From assembly GCA_016187485.1 (NCBI GenBank), contig JACPJO010000004.1:1-54305 (forward strand): a stretch of 54,305 bases of DNA. Reading direction: 5' to 3'. Under the pieces are notes generated by a model that saw nothing but the letters and a program-made list of their open reading frames with translations, was not told the origin of the DNA and did no database searches. The stretch comes from Candidatus Uhrbacteria bacterium (GTDB taxonomy: Bacteria; Patescibacteriota; Patescibacteriia; UBA9934; UBA10169). The position numbers and the translations under genes were made by a program. Below, piece after piece: positions 1-10,438 of this stretch. The first letter of the stretch is position 1; every line of letters starts with the position of its first letter.

Positions 1-3000
1 CCGCAATGATGAAGTTGGAGTCCGAGGTGTCGGTGGCCAGGGTGGCTCCACCGGCGTCACGGCCGACGATCTTCACACGGGCCTGAGAGGTTGCCGTGTT
101 GGGCACGCTCCAGGTGTGGGAGCCGTCGTTGGCGGTGCCAGAGACAATCGTCGAATATGTTTTCCCTCCATCAGCCGAGTACGACAGGACAATATTGTTG
201 ATGTTGCCCGCAGAGGTCCACGTGATAGCCACAGAGGATCCGCCATTAACCGTATTCCCCCCGTTGGGAGCAGTAAGCGTCATGGAGTCAGAGATCACCG
301 TCACCGTACTCGCTCCTCCGCCTCCGCCGCTCGAACCACCGGCAGCAAGCCGCAATCCGCTCGCAGCCGAGGACATTGCTGACTCTTGTCCGCCCGTATC
401 AGCCGCCGTTACTTTATAGAAGTAGGTCGTCCCCACGGAAGCCGTGTCATCCGTGAAGCTTGTTCCTGTCACGTCCGATGTATTCACTTGTGTAGAGAAG
501 CTCCCGCCCGAACTGGTGTCGCGGTACACCTCATACCCAACCAAATCCGTAATAGGTGAACTGTCTACGTTGGTCGTCACCGCGGTCCACGACACAACGA
601 TTGGGGCAGCATTCGTGGTCGCACTCACGCCCGTTGGAGCAGCCGGCGCAACACCATCGGCAGGCGCCGTGATGCTGAAGACGGTGGCGTGATCAACCGC
701 AATCGTGAAGCGCACCGAAGTAACGTTACTCAAGTTCTCCGCAGGACTCGCTACCACATCACCCTCCGCGTCAAGGAACGTGATCGTCGTTGCTTCGCCG
801 ATCCACGCCCCCGTGCTGTCGCGGTACGACATACCGAGTTCGTTCACTTCCGTAAGCGTATCCACTCCTTCTGCCGATAATTCCGCCACCGTAAGCACAA
901 TCTCAATCGTAACCGGCAGAGCGAAATCCGTGACATTCGTCCCTCCACCATCGGTAAAGCTGATGTCGAATCCATTACCGATGACATCCGTGCTCCCCGT
1001 GTCCGTTACTGCGTTCGTTTCCTCGACCGCAAGAGATCCGGCACTGTCTGATGTGCTCAAGGCTCCCTCTCCTGCCGTCACAGACACGCCAAGCGTATCG
1101 TCATCGAAGACGCCGCCCGAGGAAGGTGTGATCGTTTGCGTGCGTGGATTGGCCAAAGAAACAGTCGAGACAAGGGCGATTGTGTTATTCGAAGACGTCG
1201 GTGAACCACTACTAACTGTGATGGATGAGAGTGTTACGGCCGCGTACCCCGGAGCAATACCTGTAAGCGTCCATGTGCCATCGGAAACGGAAAGCGCGTA
1301 GGTTCCATCCGGGTTGACAGGCACCCCCATCTCTCCGCCACCTGTACGCACGGCCGAGACGAATCCCGATGTGGCCGCCGAACCTCCCACCGTTACAGAG
1401 CCGCTGATGGAACGATTGGTAATGGAACCTGTGAGGTTTTGTGTGGCGCTTGCCGACACGATGAGCGTGATCGGCTCGACAAACATGCCATATTTATAAG
1501 CGGTCATCTGGTACGTTCCATCTGGTAACTGGATGCTGAACGCTCCCAACGAGTCCGTGCTGTCTCCCACATGGGTGCTCGCGTTCGACACTTCCACCCA
1601 CGCATCCGCAACAGCGCCGCTCGTGGTCGAGAGAGTTCCCGTGATTGTTCGCAAGGTTGGCAGCACCAACTTGATCGTTTCACTTCCGTCCACCGTGAGG
1701 ATGCTTGAAGCAATCGTCGTGCTTCCACTGTCGCTTTGGATACTGCTCGAACCGAAGCGGAACATCTGCGTCATGGCCTCAACACGATATGAACCGCTCG
1801 GCACCGAAAGGGTCGTCGAACTGCCGGACGCAAGATAGGTATTCGCTCGAGTTCCTGTCGTTGTGTTCACAAGCTCGATGAAGAGATCATTCACGGAAGT
1901 CAGCGTGCCTGCAGCATTTTTGACATTCACCGTAATGGTGTTTGGCGTATCCATGACAACGTCTATACCCGTCTGGTTTGCCGATGTGGTATTCACCCCA
2001 GTGACAAGAGGAAGGTTGCCGTAACTCGGCGAGCGAGCTTCCACGACATATCCCGACCCCGCGGGGACGTTGATCGTATAGACGCCGCTTGAGTTAACAG
2101 GCGTTTGGTTGAAGTTCGTCCCGTTTTGGACAGTAACAAACGCATTCGTGATCGGCGTGCCGCCACTGCAACTCGATCCACCTCCCGCTTTGATACAGAC
2201 GGTGCCCGTAACCGTTCGGAACGTCACGGAGCCTGCAGAGAAGTTGATACCACTCTGATCGCTTCCACTTACGATAACCGTCTGGGCAGGAAGCTCACCG
2301 TATCCGGGGATAAACGCGCGCACGCTGTATGTGCCATTGCCGACATAGAGTGTGTAGTTTCCATTCGCGTCCGTCATGGAGCCGGCGTTCGTCGAACCAC
2401 CGCAGTTCGCCGTGCAGAATGTATACACCGACGCTCCTTGTACCGCGTTCGTGCCATCCGTTACCTGTCCGGTAATGACCGTCGTTGGCAAGCTGATTTC
2501 AATCACGACCTGTAATGTCGCCACCGTTGAGCCGCCAACGTAGATATTGCCGGACGCATCAACCACAACCGAAGTTTCCGGCGGAGGCGGCGCGCCAAAG
2601 AGGAACGCTCCCACGCGGTAAGACCCCGGGGTAATGGCGAGCGTTGCTGTTCCGTTGATGCCTGCCGGTGCAAACGTGCTGAATCCACCCGTTACGGAGT
2701 TGGCATAGATCATCGCGTCTGCGACGGGAAGGTCGCTCGTGTTTTGAACCAAGACCGGAAGCGTGTTTGTGGCGGCCGTGAGCGTAAAGAGCACCGTGCC
2801 GTCATTTGCCGTCCCGCTTGTTTCCGTTACCGTCGCACCGGAGACTGTTACTTCTAGAGGCGACGAGACGACGTAATCCGGAGAAGTGGGTTGGACAAAC
2901 GTCCCCGTCCCCATTTCCATATGCGGACCCACACCGATAAACCACGTTCCGTTTCCAAGACGCAACGTCACATCATCACTCCCATCCGTTGAAGCGATCT

Positions 3001-6000
3001 CCTGCACGGTGAATCCAGAAGAACCGCCCGCAAACACATCAACATTCTTTCCTGTAGCTCCAGAAACGTTCACCGTAACTGCTGTAAGACTCGCTGCAGA
3101 GGTGAGCGTGACGCTCGCCGTTTCCGCTCCATCTACCCAAATCGGCATCGGATTGGGTATACCGACAAATTGCGTACTATCAAGCGTCACAAACGCATCG
3201 GTAGATAGCATATAGTTGCCATCGTTGAGACCACTGAAGGTCGCTGTCGCTGTGCCGCCAGAGAACGTCGTGCTTGTTGCCGAAACCTGTCCCGACATCG
3301 GTGAACCGAGGTATGCCGTTAAGGTCCCTGCATTTGCCGATCCAGCAGTGAACGTGACAACAAGACTATTGTCTCCGGCCGCATTGATATAAAACGGCAT
3401 GGATGTCAGTGATTCTTGCAGAGTCGAACCGGCCATTGTTGTGATCGCAACCGTGTACCCCGAAGTGTCCGGCCCGCGCGGCGAACTGGGATTCACAATT
3501 CCTGAAAGGTCGATGTGCAAGAAATCATTTTCTTCTCCAACCATGCACGGATCGGTGCTGCCGGCTGCGCAACGTGTAGCAATGGTGGGCTGGATGGTTA
3601 CAGTACGAGCTGAAACGTTCGCCACAACGGAGCTGATACCGACCGTACCGGGGCCTGGGCCGTTGATATCGCTATTTGCCGGACTCCCTGTCATGGCGAC
3701 AACGTTCGTCACATCAAACCCTTGCGGGAACGTGAGAATGAGTTTGCCGCTGTTTGCCGAGGAACGAATTTGTTGCGTAATCGGTACGTCTACACTGACA
3801 TTCGAGGTCGCGCTCACCACGGGACTCCCGAGCATGATCGCCGGTTGCGGAACAAACGCGAATGAGGTGAACCCTGTCGGGTTATCCCATGTGTTGCCAG
3901 AGAATGTCGCGCCGGGACCCGATTGAACACCACTTGATTCATCCATCACCACGCCGGAACCGGAGTTGACGCTTGGATTGATCGTGTTGCCGGCCATGTC
4001 GGAGACGCCGCTCAAGGTAACGGTAAATGTATTGCCTTCCGTAAGCGAGACGCCATTCAACGTCGCCGTCATGTCGACCGAATCATAGGTAATGGTATTG
4101 CCTCCAAGAGACGAAAGCGGGACAGATGTTGAGATGGGGCTCTGGAGTGTCCAATTGGCGACGTTCGTTACTTGCGAAGAATTGACGGGTTCAGTGAATG
4201 TTACGTTGACGCTGCTCTCCGTGGCCGTAGCAAACGAAACTTGCGGCGCGGTCGAGTCAGCACCGCCGGTCGTAAACGACCACTCGTAGCGGTTGTTTGC
4301 CGTTCCATCGTTGTCCTGCAAAGAGACGCCAGAGACATTTTGAATCGGACTTGCGGAACCGGCCGCAAGAAGGCGAACGGTATACGTTGTGTTCGGCGAA
4401 AGAACGTTGTTTGCTGTCAACTGAATCTCACGGAAGTCGGAGTTGTAAATAACCGATGCGGGCACTTGATCGCTCCCGACGAGGAGAAGCGCGGAAGTCG
4501 TCGTAACTGTTGAAGCAAGTAGGGCATCGTCGGTTGTCGCAAGAATGACGACATTGCCGACCGGCACGCCCGTCGCCGATGTCGCCGGCTCACGACCGAT
4601 CACAAGCGGACCCGTCGCATCCACCCCCGAGGCGATGGTGAAATTGATGATGAAGGGCGAGGCAAGCGCAACGGCGTCGGAAGATGTAACACCCGTTCCT
4701 ACCGTCAAGCGATACGCGCTCCCGGGGGTGAAAACAACACCAGAGACGTCTATATCCACCGAATCGTTCGAGAGCATGATCGTGCGGGCGGAGAAGTTTC
4801 CATTGACGAGCGTCACCGCCGCATTTGCCGTAACGTTAAAGAGCGTGATATTTGCCGCTGTGAAACTCGCGGTGGCCATACTTCGCGAGAAGTTCACGCT
4901 GAACTGCGAGGCGTTTGATGGAACGGATGTTGAACCACCGTTCGGATATCCCCCAACAACCGTTGGCGGCGCCGCGGAAGCGGATGTCATGCTCGCGTTC
5001 GGCGTAAAAGAAAGCGTGAAGTTTGATGCAAGAGGATTGCCGGCGATGTCCGTCGCACCGGTCGTAACCGTAAGTGTGTGCGCAACAGCCAAGAGCGGCA
5101 AAGTTGTAATGGTACAGATCGTGTCCGCCCCTGTCGTCGCAGAAGGATTGTAAGTAACCGTCGCACAAAGATTGGTGCCCGGAGCGCTATCGCGCGTAAC
5201 CCTCACCGTTGTCGTCGTGATCGTGGAAGCGCTCATGGCTTCGCTGAAATCAACACCAACCATCGCAAGATCCACCGGCACGGCGTTTGCTGCAACAGAT
5301 GCAGCATTGGGGAAACTATCAATGACCGTCGCCGGTGTTGTGTCTCCGCTCTGCTGGTTATTGCCAAATGATCCGGCGAATTCCGGACTCGAGCTCGTAT
5401 TCTGCGGGTTGGGCGAGCTCATGAGCACGAAGTCGCTTGCGTTGTTGTTCGTGTCGTAGGAGTTTCCCGACGAGACATGCTCGCCGGAAGTCGCCATCGA
5501 AGTAGGTGTGGCAAAAGCCGATGCTTTGCGCTCGAGACTTGAACCGAGGACGAGATCGGGCGTCACAGCAGCCGCCTCATTCACCGTCGAAGAACCCCAG
5601 CCAAGCTTGTCAACCACATCGGTATTCGCCTGCGCCGAAAGGCTGATATAAACGGCGCCGTTGGAGACAAGTTGCGCGAGAGAGCCGTTATACGTCGCGT
5701 TTGCCGCCACCGACCCGGAGTACATGGTAGAAGCGATCAAGAAATATCCATTCGGTTGAATGGAGCTCGTAAGAATCGTCAAGGCAACGTTCGTATCCGT
5801 CGTCGTCGCGCCATTCCAGAGGTGGAGCCGCAGAACCGGCGAAGATGTCGTACCGACGGAAAACGCCGTCATCGATGGGTTGTAGAGTTCAACGAATTCA
5901 TCTTGCGCGTTCGTGGAGGAACCGAGTTTCACTTCACTAATCTTGATGCTCGGCATGAGCGTAACGGTGGTGGGTGTGGCAGCGTTTCCCACAACATCCA

Positions 6001-6685
6001 TCACGCTCGAAGTTACAGCAACCGTGTTGCCGGAACCCGTAGCAATCGTAGCACCCGAGGCAACAAGTTCGACGCCATTTCCAAAGTAGTTCACGCTCGT
6101 GATCGTCGAGTTATCGGCGGGAGCAGATGTCGTGAGTGTGAAATTTCCCGCAATCGCCGTTGCTTGAGAAAGACGCTCATTAAAATCCACAATCACCTGC
6201 GTCGTACTATTCACGTTAACGCCAATAACTTGCGGTCCGACGGTATCTTCCGGTGTTCCATACACAGCAACAGGCGTTGTGCCGCATGCTTCTGCAGATG
6301 CCGGTGGAAACGGTTGGTTGAATACGGCGCCCGTCGCGCACGCGATGCTGAAATCCGCGTTCGTGCTATTCAGGTTTCCAACAAGCGTGAGAACAACATT
6401 GGGGGAGTTGAGTGTATGCGACACGCTCGCGATGGCAATCGAATTTGCTCCGGATACGTTAAAATCCGACGCTTCGAGAGCCCCATTCGAACCATTGTTC
6501 ACCGGTTGGCTAAATTGAAGGCTCAACACCGCCTGCCCATTTTTCCAAGACTGGACCGAGAACGTAGGTGCAACAGCTCCTGCCGTTTCCGGCTGGCTTA
6601 TGATGGCAAGAAACGCAAAACCAACCGCGGCAATGAGTATGAACACCCAACCGCGTTTGGCAGCTCCGACAAGCTGCTTGGACAT
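1..6685 (-). CDS. Giant cell-surface protein. The 5' end is complete and the 3' end runs off the left edge (>2228 aa). It has a signal-anchor, a lamin-tail-like domain, many Ig-like/CarboxypepD_reg-like beta-sandwich repeats and an FN3-like module.
   Basis: Not in the ORF track because there is no stop in the window. The reverse complement from CAT 6683-6685 reads MSKQLVGAAKRGWVFILIAAVGFAFLAI. Spot translations in the same frame stay open: ~5956 MPSIKISEVKLGSSTNAQDEFVELYN (LTD signature), ~3418 QESLTSMPFYINAAGDNSLV, ~2300-2500 TDANGNYTLYVGNGTYSVRAFIPGYG, ~370-660 FN3-like (GYEVYRDT...TTYFYKVTAAD), and 2-300 SYSADGGKTYSTIVSGTANDGSHTWSVP. The track lists no ORF >=60 aa in this minus frame, which fits one continuous open frame. 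Confidence 0.85.
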   Translation of the reverse strand, partial: MSKQLVGAAKRGWVFILIAAVGFAFLAIISQPETAGAVAPTFSVQSWKNGQAVLSLQFSQPVNNGSNGALEASDFNVSGANSIAIASVSHTLNSPNVVLTLVGNLNSTNADFSIACATGAVFNQPFPPASAEACGTTPVAVYGTPEDTVGPQVIGVNVNSTTQVIVDFNERLSQATAIAGNFTLTTSAPADNSTITSVNYFGNGVELVASGATIATGSGNTVAVTSSVMDVVGNAATPTTVTLMPSIKISEVKLGSSTNAQDEFVELYNPSMTAFSVGTTSSPVLRLHLWNGATTTDTNVALTILTSSIQPNGYFLIASTMYSGSVAANATYNGSLAQLVSNGAVYISLSAQANTDVVDKLGWGSSTVNEAAAVTPDLVLGSSLERKASAFATPTSMATSGEHVSSGNSYDTNNNASDFVLMSSPNPQNTSSSPEFAGSFGNNQQSGDTTPATVIDSFPNAASVAANAVPVDLAMVGVDFSEAMSASTITTTTVRVTRDSAPGTNLCATVTYNPSATTGADTICTITTLPLLAVAHTLTVTTGATDIAGNPLASNFTLSFTPNASMTSASAAPPTVVGGYPNGGSTSVPSNASQFSVNFSRSMATASFTAANITLFNVTANAAVTLVNGNFSARTIMLSNDSVDIDVSGVVFTPGSAYRLTVGTGVTSSDAVALASPFIINFTIASGVDATGPLVIGREPATSATGVPVGNVVILATTDDALLASTVTTTSALLLVGSDQVPASVIYNSDFREIQLTANNVLSPNTTYTVRLLAAGSASPIQNVSGVSLQDNDGTANNRYEWSFTTGGADSTAPQVSFATATESSVNVTFTEPVNSSQVTNVANWTLQSPISTSVPLSSLGGNTITYDSVDMTATLNGVSLTEGNTFTVTLSGVSDMAGNTINPSVNSGSGVVMDESSGVQSGPGATFSGNTWDNPTGFTSFAFVPQPAIMLGSPVVSATSNVSVDVPITQQIRSSANSGKLILTFPQGFDVTNVVAMTGSPANSDINGPGPGTVGISSVVANVSARTVTIQPTIATRCAAGSTDPCMVGEENDFLHIDLSGIVNPSSPRGPDTSGYTVAITTMAGSTLQESLTSMPFYINAAGDNSLVVTFTAGSANAGTLTAYLGSPMSGQVSATSTTFSGGTATATFSGLNDGNYMLSTDAFVTLDSTQFVGIPNPMPIWVDGAETASVTLTSAASLTAVTVNVSGATGKNVDVFAGGSSGFTVQEIASTDGSDDVTLRLGNGTWFIGVGPHMEMGTGTFVQPTSPDYVVSSPLEVTVSGATVTETSGTANDGTVLFTLTAATNTLPVLVQNTSDLPVADAMIYANSVTGGFSTFAPAGINGTATLAITPGSYRVGAFLFGAPPPPETSVVVDASGNIYVGGSTVATLQVVIEISLPTTVITGQVTDGTNAVQGASVYTFCTANCGGSTNAGSMTDANGNYTLYVGNGTYSVRAFIPGYGELPAQTVIVSGSDQSGINFSAGSVTFRTVTGTVCIKAGGGSSCSGGTPITNAFVTVQNGTNFNQTPVNSSGVYTINVPAGSGYVVEARSPSYGNLPLVTGVNTTSANQTGIDVVMDTPNTITVNVKNAAGTLTSVNDLFIELVNTTTGTRANTYLASGSSTTLSVPSGSYRVEAMTQMFRFGSSSIQSDSGSTTIASSILTVDGSETIKLVLPTLRTITGTLSTTSGAVADAWVEVSNASTHVGDSTDSLGAFSIQLPDGTYQMTAYKYGMFVEPITLIVSASATQNLTGSITNRSISGSVTVGGSAATSGFVSAVRTGGGEMGVPVNPDGTYALSVSDGTWTLTGIAPGYAAVTLSSITVSSGSPTSSNNTIALVSTVSLANPRTQTITPSSGGVFDDDTLGVSVTAGEGALSTSDSAGSLAVEETNAVTDTGSTDVIGNGFDISFTDGGGTNVTDFALPVTIEIVLTVAELSAEGVDTLTEVNELGMSYRDSTGAWIGEATTITFLDAEGDVVASPAENLSNVTSVRFTIAVDHATVFSITAPADGVAPAAPTGVSATTNAAPIVVSWTAVTTNVDSSPITDLVGYEVYRDTSSGGSFSTQVNTSDVTGTSFTDDTASVGTTYFYKVTAADTGGQESAMSSAASGLRLAAGGSSGGGGGASTVTVISDSMTLTAPNGGNTVNGGSSVAITWTSAGNINNIVLSYSADGGKTYSTIVSGTANDGSHTWSVPNTATSQARVKIVGRDAGGATLATDTSDSNFIIA

Positions 6686-6825
6686 AAGCAAAACGTAAAA
6701 AAGTAACTTTTTGTTAAAAGATGACTTCATTCTACCCTTTCGTGAACAATTTATCCCAAAGTTATCCACATCTTCCCATTGCGTTCGCTCTTTGTTCGGT
6801 ACATACTGCGAATGCAGGGAGAACT

Positions 6826-7383
6826 ATGGCGCTCACAAAAAAACAATTTGAAGTACAAAAGTTCGTGCACGAATTCGAGCGGGAACATGGGTACGCGCCG
6901 TCGTATCGAGAAATCGCTGCTGGCCTCGGCCTTTCCTCTCCTGCGACCGTGTTTCAGCATATGAAAGCTATTGCGGAAAAAGTACCAGTATCTGCTATCG
7001 CTCTATTGCCGCTTGCGGGAGTTATTACCGCCGGCGAACCCATCGAGGCACTAGAAGAACGCGAGACCATGGCTGTTCCCTCTTCATTCGTGCTCGACGA
7101 GGCTAATTCCTACATCCTGCGCGTGAAGGGGCGTTCCATGATTGAAGATGGGATCTTCGATGGCGATTATGTCGTCATTGAGAGAAACCCGTCACCAAAA
7201 AATGGCGAGGTAGTCGTGGCGCTTCTCGACAATGCTTACGCCACGCTCAAACGTTTCTATCGCGAACAAGACCGCATTCGCTTGCAACCGGCCAACTCCA
7301 CCATGGACCCCATCATTATCCGCGGGGACATCAACATTCAGGGCGTCGTCCGCGCCGTCATCCGTAAATTCCAAACTGCCTAG
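6826..7383 (+). CDS. lexA: LexA repressor (SOS regulator, S24 peptidase)
   Basis: Within ORF 6721..7383. The internal start MALTKKQFEVQ at 6826 is preceded by GGGAGAA. It has an HTH N-terminus (GYAPSYREIAAGLGLSSPATVFQHM) and a C-terminal S24 domain (ILRVKGRSMIEDGIFDGDYVVI...LKRF). Confidence 0.9.
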   Translation: MALTKKQFEVQKFVHEFEREHGYAPSYREIAAGLGLSSPATVFQHMKAIAEKVPVSAIALLPLAGVITAGEPIEALEERETMAVPSSFVLDEANSYILRVKGRSMIEDGIFDGDYVVIERNPSPKNGEVVVALLDNAYATLKRFYREQDRIRLQPANSTMDPIIIRGDINIQGVVRAVIRKFQTA

Positions 7384-7516
7384 AAATTTGGGCGTGTCGC
7401 AAGGCTGGGGCCCTCGTCACCCCACAGCGAGTCATCCCTCACACACTCATCTTCGACCTAGAGCTCGCTGATCCCCAGGGCTCTGGACCGAAGTAAGGGA
7501 TCACTTTGGTTCAGAT

Positions 7517-7560
7517 CCGGGGCAGGGTCCTCCTCCTTCCCTGCCCCGGAATGTTCTTTT
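7517..7560 (+). terminator. Rho-independent-like hairpin downstream of lexA
   Basis: CCGGGGCAGGG (7517-7527) pairs perfectly with CCCTGCCCCGG (7539-7549) around an 11-nt loop, followed by AATGTTCTTTT. Confidence 0.55.
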
Positions 7561-7567
7561 CGTATGT

Positions 7568-8722
7568 ATGTTCATCCTTCATATAGACATGAACAACTAC
7601 TTCGCTAGCGTGGAGCAGCAACTCGATCCGACTTTGCGAGGAAAGGCCATTGGAATCACAGGCAAGCAGATCGAGCGCAGTGTCATCGCGACAGCTTCCC
7701 GCGAAGCAAAGGCACGTGGCGTGAAGACCGCCATGCCCGTATGGCAGGCTCGCCGCCTTTGTCCCGAGTTACTGTTGGTTCCTGGCAGACATCACATCTA
7801 TGAAGCTATCTCTCGCAAGATTTTCTCTCTCCTTCGCCGTTACACCCACATGGTCGAGCCAGCAAGTATCGATGAAGCGTTCGTCGATCTTACCGCGGTG
7901 GCGGCGGACTCTTTGGATGCCGTGGCCATCGCCCAGCACATCAAGCAGGACATCGTGCAGAGTCTTGGGGAATATCTTACGTGCTCAATTGGTATTGCGC
8001 CGAACAAACTCGTGGCAAAAATGGCGTCAGACTGTCAAAAACCCGACGGGCTTACGCTCGTCCCACCCTCGCGAGTGGAGACATTCATGCTCGAGAGAAA
8101 ACTTTCCGATGTTTGCGGTATCGGTCCTAAGACGGTACAAAAGTTGGCCGGGATGAACATCCACTCTATCGAGGCGCTTCAAGGTATGCCTCTACACATC
8201 CTCACGGCAGCATTTCACTCCTATGGCACGTGGCTCTATCACGCCGCGCGCGGGGAGGATGACAATCCGGTTGCCTATGAGTCAGAGGCGCCGAAATCTT
8301 TTGGTCACGCCCACACGCTTCCCCACAACACACGCGACCCCGACACCATGCGCTGCATTCTTTTTGGGTTGGCAGAGAAGGTCGCGCGGCGGATGCGCCG
8401 TGAAGGATTTAGTGCCGAGACGGTGAGTGTGACCATTCGCTATGGTGATTTTCAAACCGTATCGGTAGAAGAGCGATGTCGCACCCCTATGCACGACGGG
8501 CTTGTGCTTGGCAAAGTTGGGTGGAGACTTTGCAAACAGGCGCGCGATAAAACGAAGCCGGTGCGTTTGCTTGGCCTATCGGCCGGCGGCCTTGTCGCAG
8601 GAAGAATGATGCCCTTGTTTCTCAAAGACCAAAAAACCGAGCGCGTCGTGGATGCTCTGGATGCCCTTTCGCATAAACGCGGCCGATCTCTCTGGTCCCG
8701 CGCCGGGTTTATGAATAACTAG
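7568..8722 (+). CDS. dinB: DNA polymerase IV (Y-family translesion polymerase)
   Basis: The N-terminus ILHIDMNNYFASVEQ and the overall UmuC/DinB-like layout support the call, as does its position directly downstream of lexA. Confidence 0.9.
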   Translation: MFILHIDMNNYFASVEQQLDPTLRGKAIGITGKQIERSVIATASREAKARGVKTAMPVWQARRLCPELLLVPGRHHIYEAISRKIFSLLRRYTHMVEPASIDEAFVDLTAVAADSLDAVAIAQHIKQDIVQSLGEYLTCSIGIAPNKLVAKMASDCQKPDGLTLVPPSRVETFMLERKLSDVCGIGPKTVQKLAGMNIHSIEALQGMPLHILTAAFHSYGTWLYHAARGEDDNPVAYESEAPKSFGHAHTLPHNTRDPDTMRCILFGLAEKVARRMRREGFSAETVSVTIRYGDFQTVSVEERCRTPMHDGLVLGKVGWRLCKQARDKTKPVRLLGLSAGGLVAGRMMPLFLKDQKTERVVDALDALSHKRGRSLWSRAGFMNN

Positions 8723-9285
8723 AAGCTCCCTTTCAGGACTTGATTCGCGCTGGGGTTTTCGTCGTAATCTTTTGGTTCCAATGTCACAAGCACCTGGAGA
8801 AAATCATCATATGTCTCGCCGGGCTCTCCGACCCACAGCATGCCCCAACTGCCGTCTGCATTATGGACAAGCGTGCCTGTCGAGATGAAATCGAACGGAT
8901 AGGGTCGAATGAGCCACGCCTGGTATTGAAATCGCGTTGTATCCATGTCGGGAAGACCGCGCGCCAGCACCGTGTGCTTAAAGAAACCGTTTTCAAAGAC
9001 GCGCTTTGCCGTTGCGCTTGCTCCTGTATCACCCACGGCGGTAAGTTCTGCCGTTTCCGGAATCCCACGCGGCGTTTCCCGGCGAGTCGCCGTGTCCTCC
9101 GGAGATGTTTCCGTAAGTTCGGAAACAATGTCATCTGCGCGGGGAATGCGTTCTTCCTCCTGTGGCGGCGCACGGCGGAAAATAGCTACACCAATCACAA
9201 AGACAAAAAGAATAGCCAGAAGTGTAAGTCCCGTGGTCACCCACACGGGTGTGCGCGCCGATGTGCCTCTATACTCCTGTCTCAT
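8719..9285 (-). CDS. Membrane-anchored protein with an anti-sigma-K RskA-like C-terminal domain
   Basis: One TM segment (WVTTGLTLLAILFVFVIGVAIF). The C-terminus YQAWLIRP...LVTLEPKDYDENPSANQVLKG resembles the RskA extracytoplasmic domain pattern (YxLWLI ... VTLEP). Confidence 0.5.
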   Translation of the reverse strand: MRQEYRGTSARTPVWVTTGLTLLAILFVFVIGVAIFRRAPPQEEERIPRADDIVSELTETSPEDTATRRETPRGIPETAELTAVGDTGASATAKRVFENGFFKHTVLARGLPDMDTTRFQYQAWLIRPYPFDFISTGTLVHNADGSWGMLWVGEPGETYDDFLQVLVTLEPKDYDENPSANQVLKGSF

Positions 9286-10433
9286 ACAGATTTCACGGCA
9301 TCCGCTACCGTGCGCGCCAAATTCGGGTGGAAGACAGACGGGAGAATCTCCGCAGCCGTTGGATGCGCAATAAGGTCTGCTACCGCATGCGCTGCGGCTA
9401 ATTTTGTTTCACTTGTGAAAGATTTTTTGCGCCCCTCAAGCGCTCCCAAAAATATTCCGGGGTACACAAGCGCATTGTTCACTTGATTGGGAAAATCCGA
9501 TCGTCCGGTCGCCACTACAGCAGCTCCACCCGCCAGCGCTTCTACCGGCATAATCTCTGGCGTAGGATTTGCCATAGCAAACACGATCGCTTTCGGCGTC
9601 ATCGTGGCGATGTCCTCCGCACGAAGAAGCCCTGGCTGGGAAACGCCCAAAAAGACATCGCTCCCGCGGAGGGCCTCGGCAAGCGTGCTCCCCCATGACG
9701 TTGCATCCCGATCAAAAGCGCGTGTTGCGAACGCTTCCTTATATGCGTTCATTCCTTCCATGCGTCCTGGCGTAATCACCCCTTTCGTATCAAGCACGCG
9801 CAGATGCAAAGCACCGGCATCCAACAGGAGGTGCGCACTCGCCAGCCCCGCTGCGCCGGCACCATTAATCACTATACGGACATCTTGGATCGCCTTCCCC
9901 ACCACGTGGAGCGCATTTAAAAGCCCCGCCAGCACCACAACAGCGGTTGCGTGTTGGTCATCGTGAAGTACCGGAATATCAAGTTCGCGCGACAAACGCT
10001 CCTCTACTTCGAAACATCGCGGCGCCGCAATATCTTCCAAGTGGATAGCGCCGAATGTCGGCGCGATATGTTTTACCGTCTCCACAATGACGGACGCATC
10101 TTGACTGTCGATAAGAATCGGCCAGGCATCCACGTTGGCAAATTTTTTGTAAATCACCGCCTTCCCCTCCATAACCGGCAACCCCGCTTCAGCGCCAATA
10201 TTCCCAAGTCCAAGCACGGCCGACCCATCTGTCACAATGGCCACGCTCCTGCCACGCATAGTGAGATCCCACACACGCGACGGATCCTTTGCGATGGTCA
10301 GGCATGCTTCTGCAACACCCGGTGTATAGGCGCGGGCCAAGTCCTCAACCGTCTCAAGCGGCACGCGCGAAGCAATTTCAAGCTTTCCGCGATAGAGCTC
10401 ATGCATGGCAAGAGATTCTTCAGAGATAGACAT
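9282..10433 (-). CDS. NAD(P)-dependent malic enzyme (short form)
   Basis: LYRGKLEI...YTPGVAEAC...VAIVTDGSAVLGLGNIGAEAGLPVMEGKAVIYKKFANVDAWPI is the classic malic-enzyme N-terminal region, followed by a Rossmann GAGAAG. Confidence 0.9.
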   Translation of the reverse strand: MSISEESLAMHELYRGKLEIASRVPLETVEDLARAYTPGVAEACLTIAKDPSRVWDLTMRGRSVAIVTDGSAVLGLGNIGAEAGLPVMEGKAVIYKKFANVDAWPILIDSQDASVIVETVKHIAPTFGAIHLEDIAAPRCFEVEERLSRELDIPVLHDDQHATAVVVLAGLLNALHVVGKAIQDVRIVINGAGAAGLASAHLLLDAGALHLRVLDTKGVITPGRMEGMNAYKEAFATRAFDRDATSWGSTLAEALRGSDVFLGVSQPGLLRAEDIATMTPKAIVFAMANPTPEIMPVEALAGGAAVVATGRSDFPNQVNNALVYPGIFLGALEGRKKSFTSETKLAAAHAVADLIAHPTAAEILPSVFHPNLARTVADAVKSV

Positions 10434-10438
10434 AAAAA

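Noticed and set aside
96-6706. Many + strand ORFs in the track (for example 705..1301, 3399..3926, 4545..5153 and 5672..6706 at 344 aa)
   Set aside because: They are fragmented and low-complexity (Arg-rich or Ser/Thr/Val-rich). All lie antisense to one continuous, domain-rich minus-strand frame that begins with a signal-anchor at 6685, so they are shadow ORFs.
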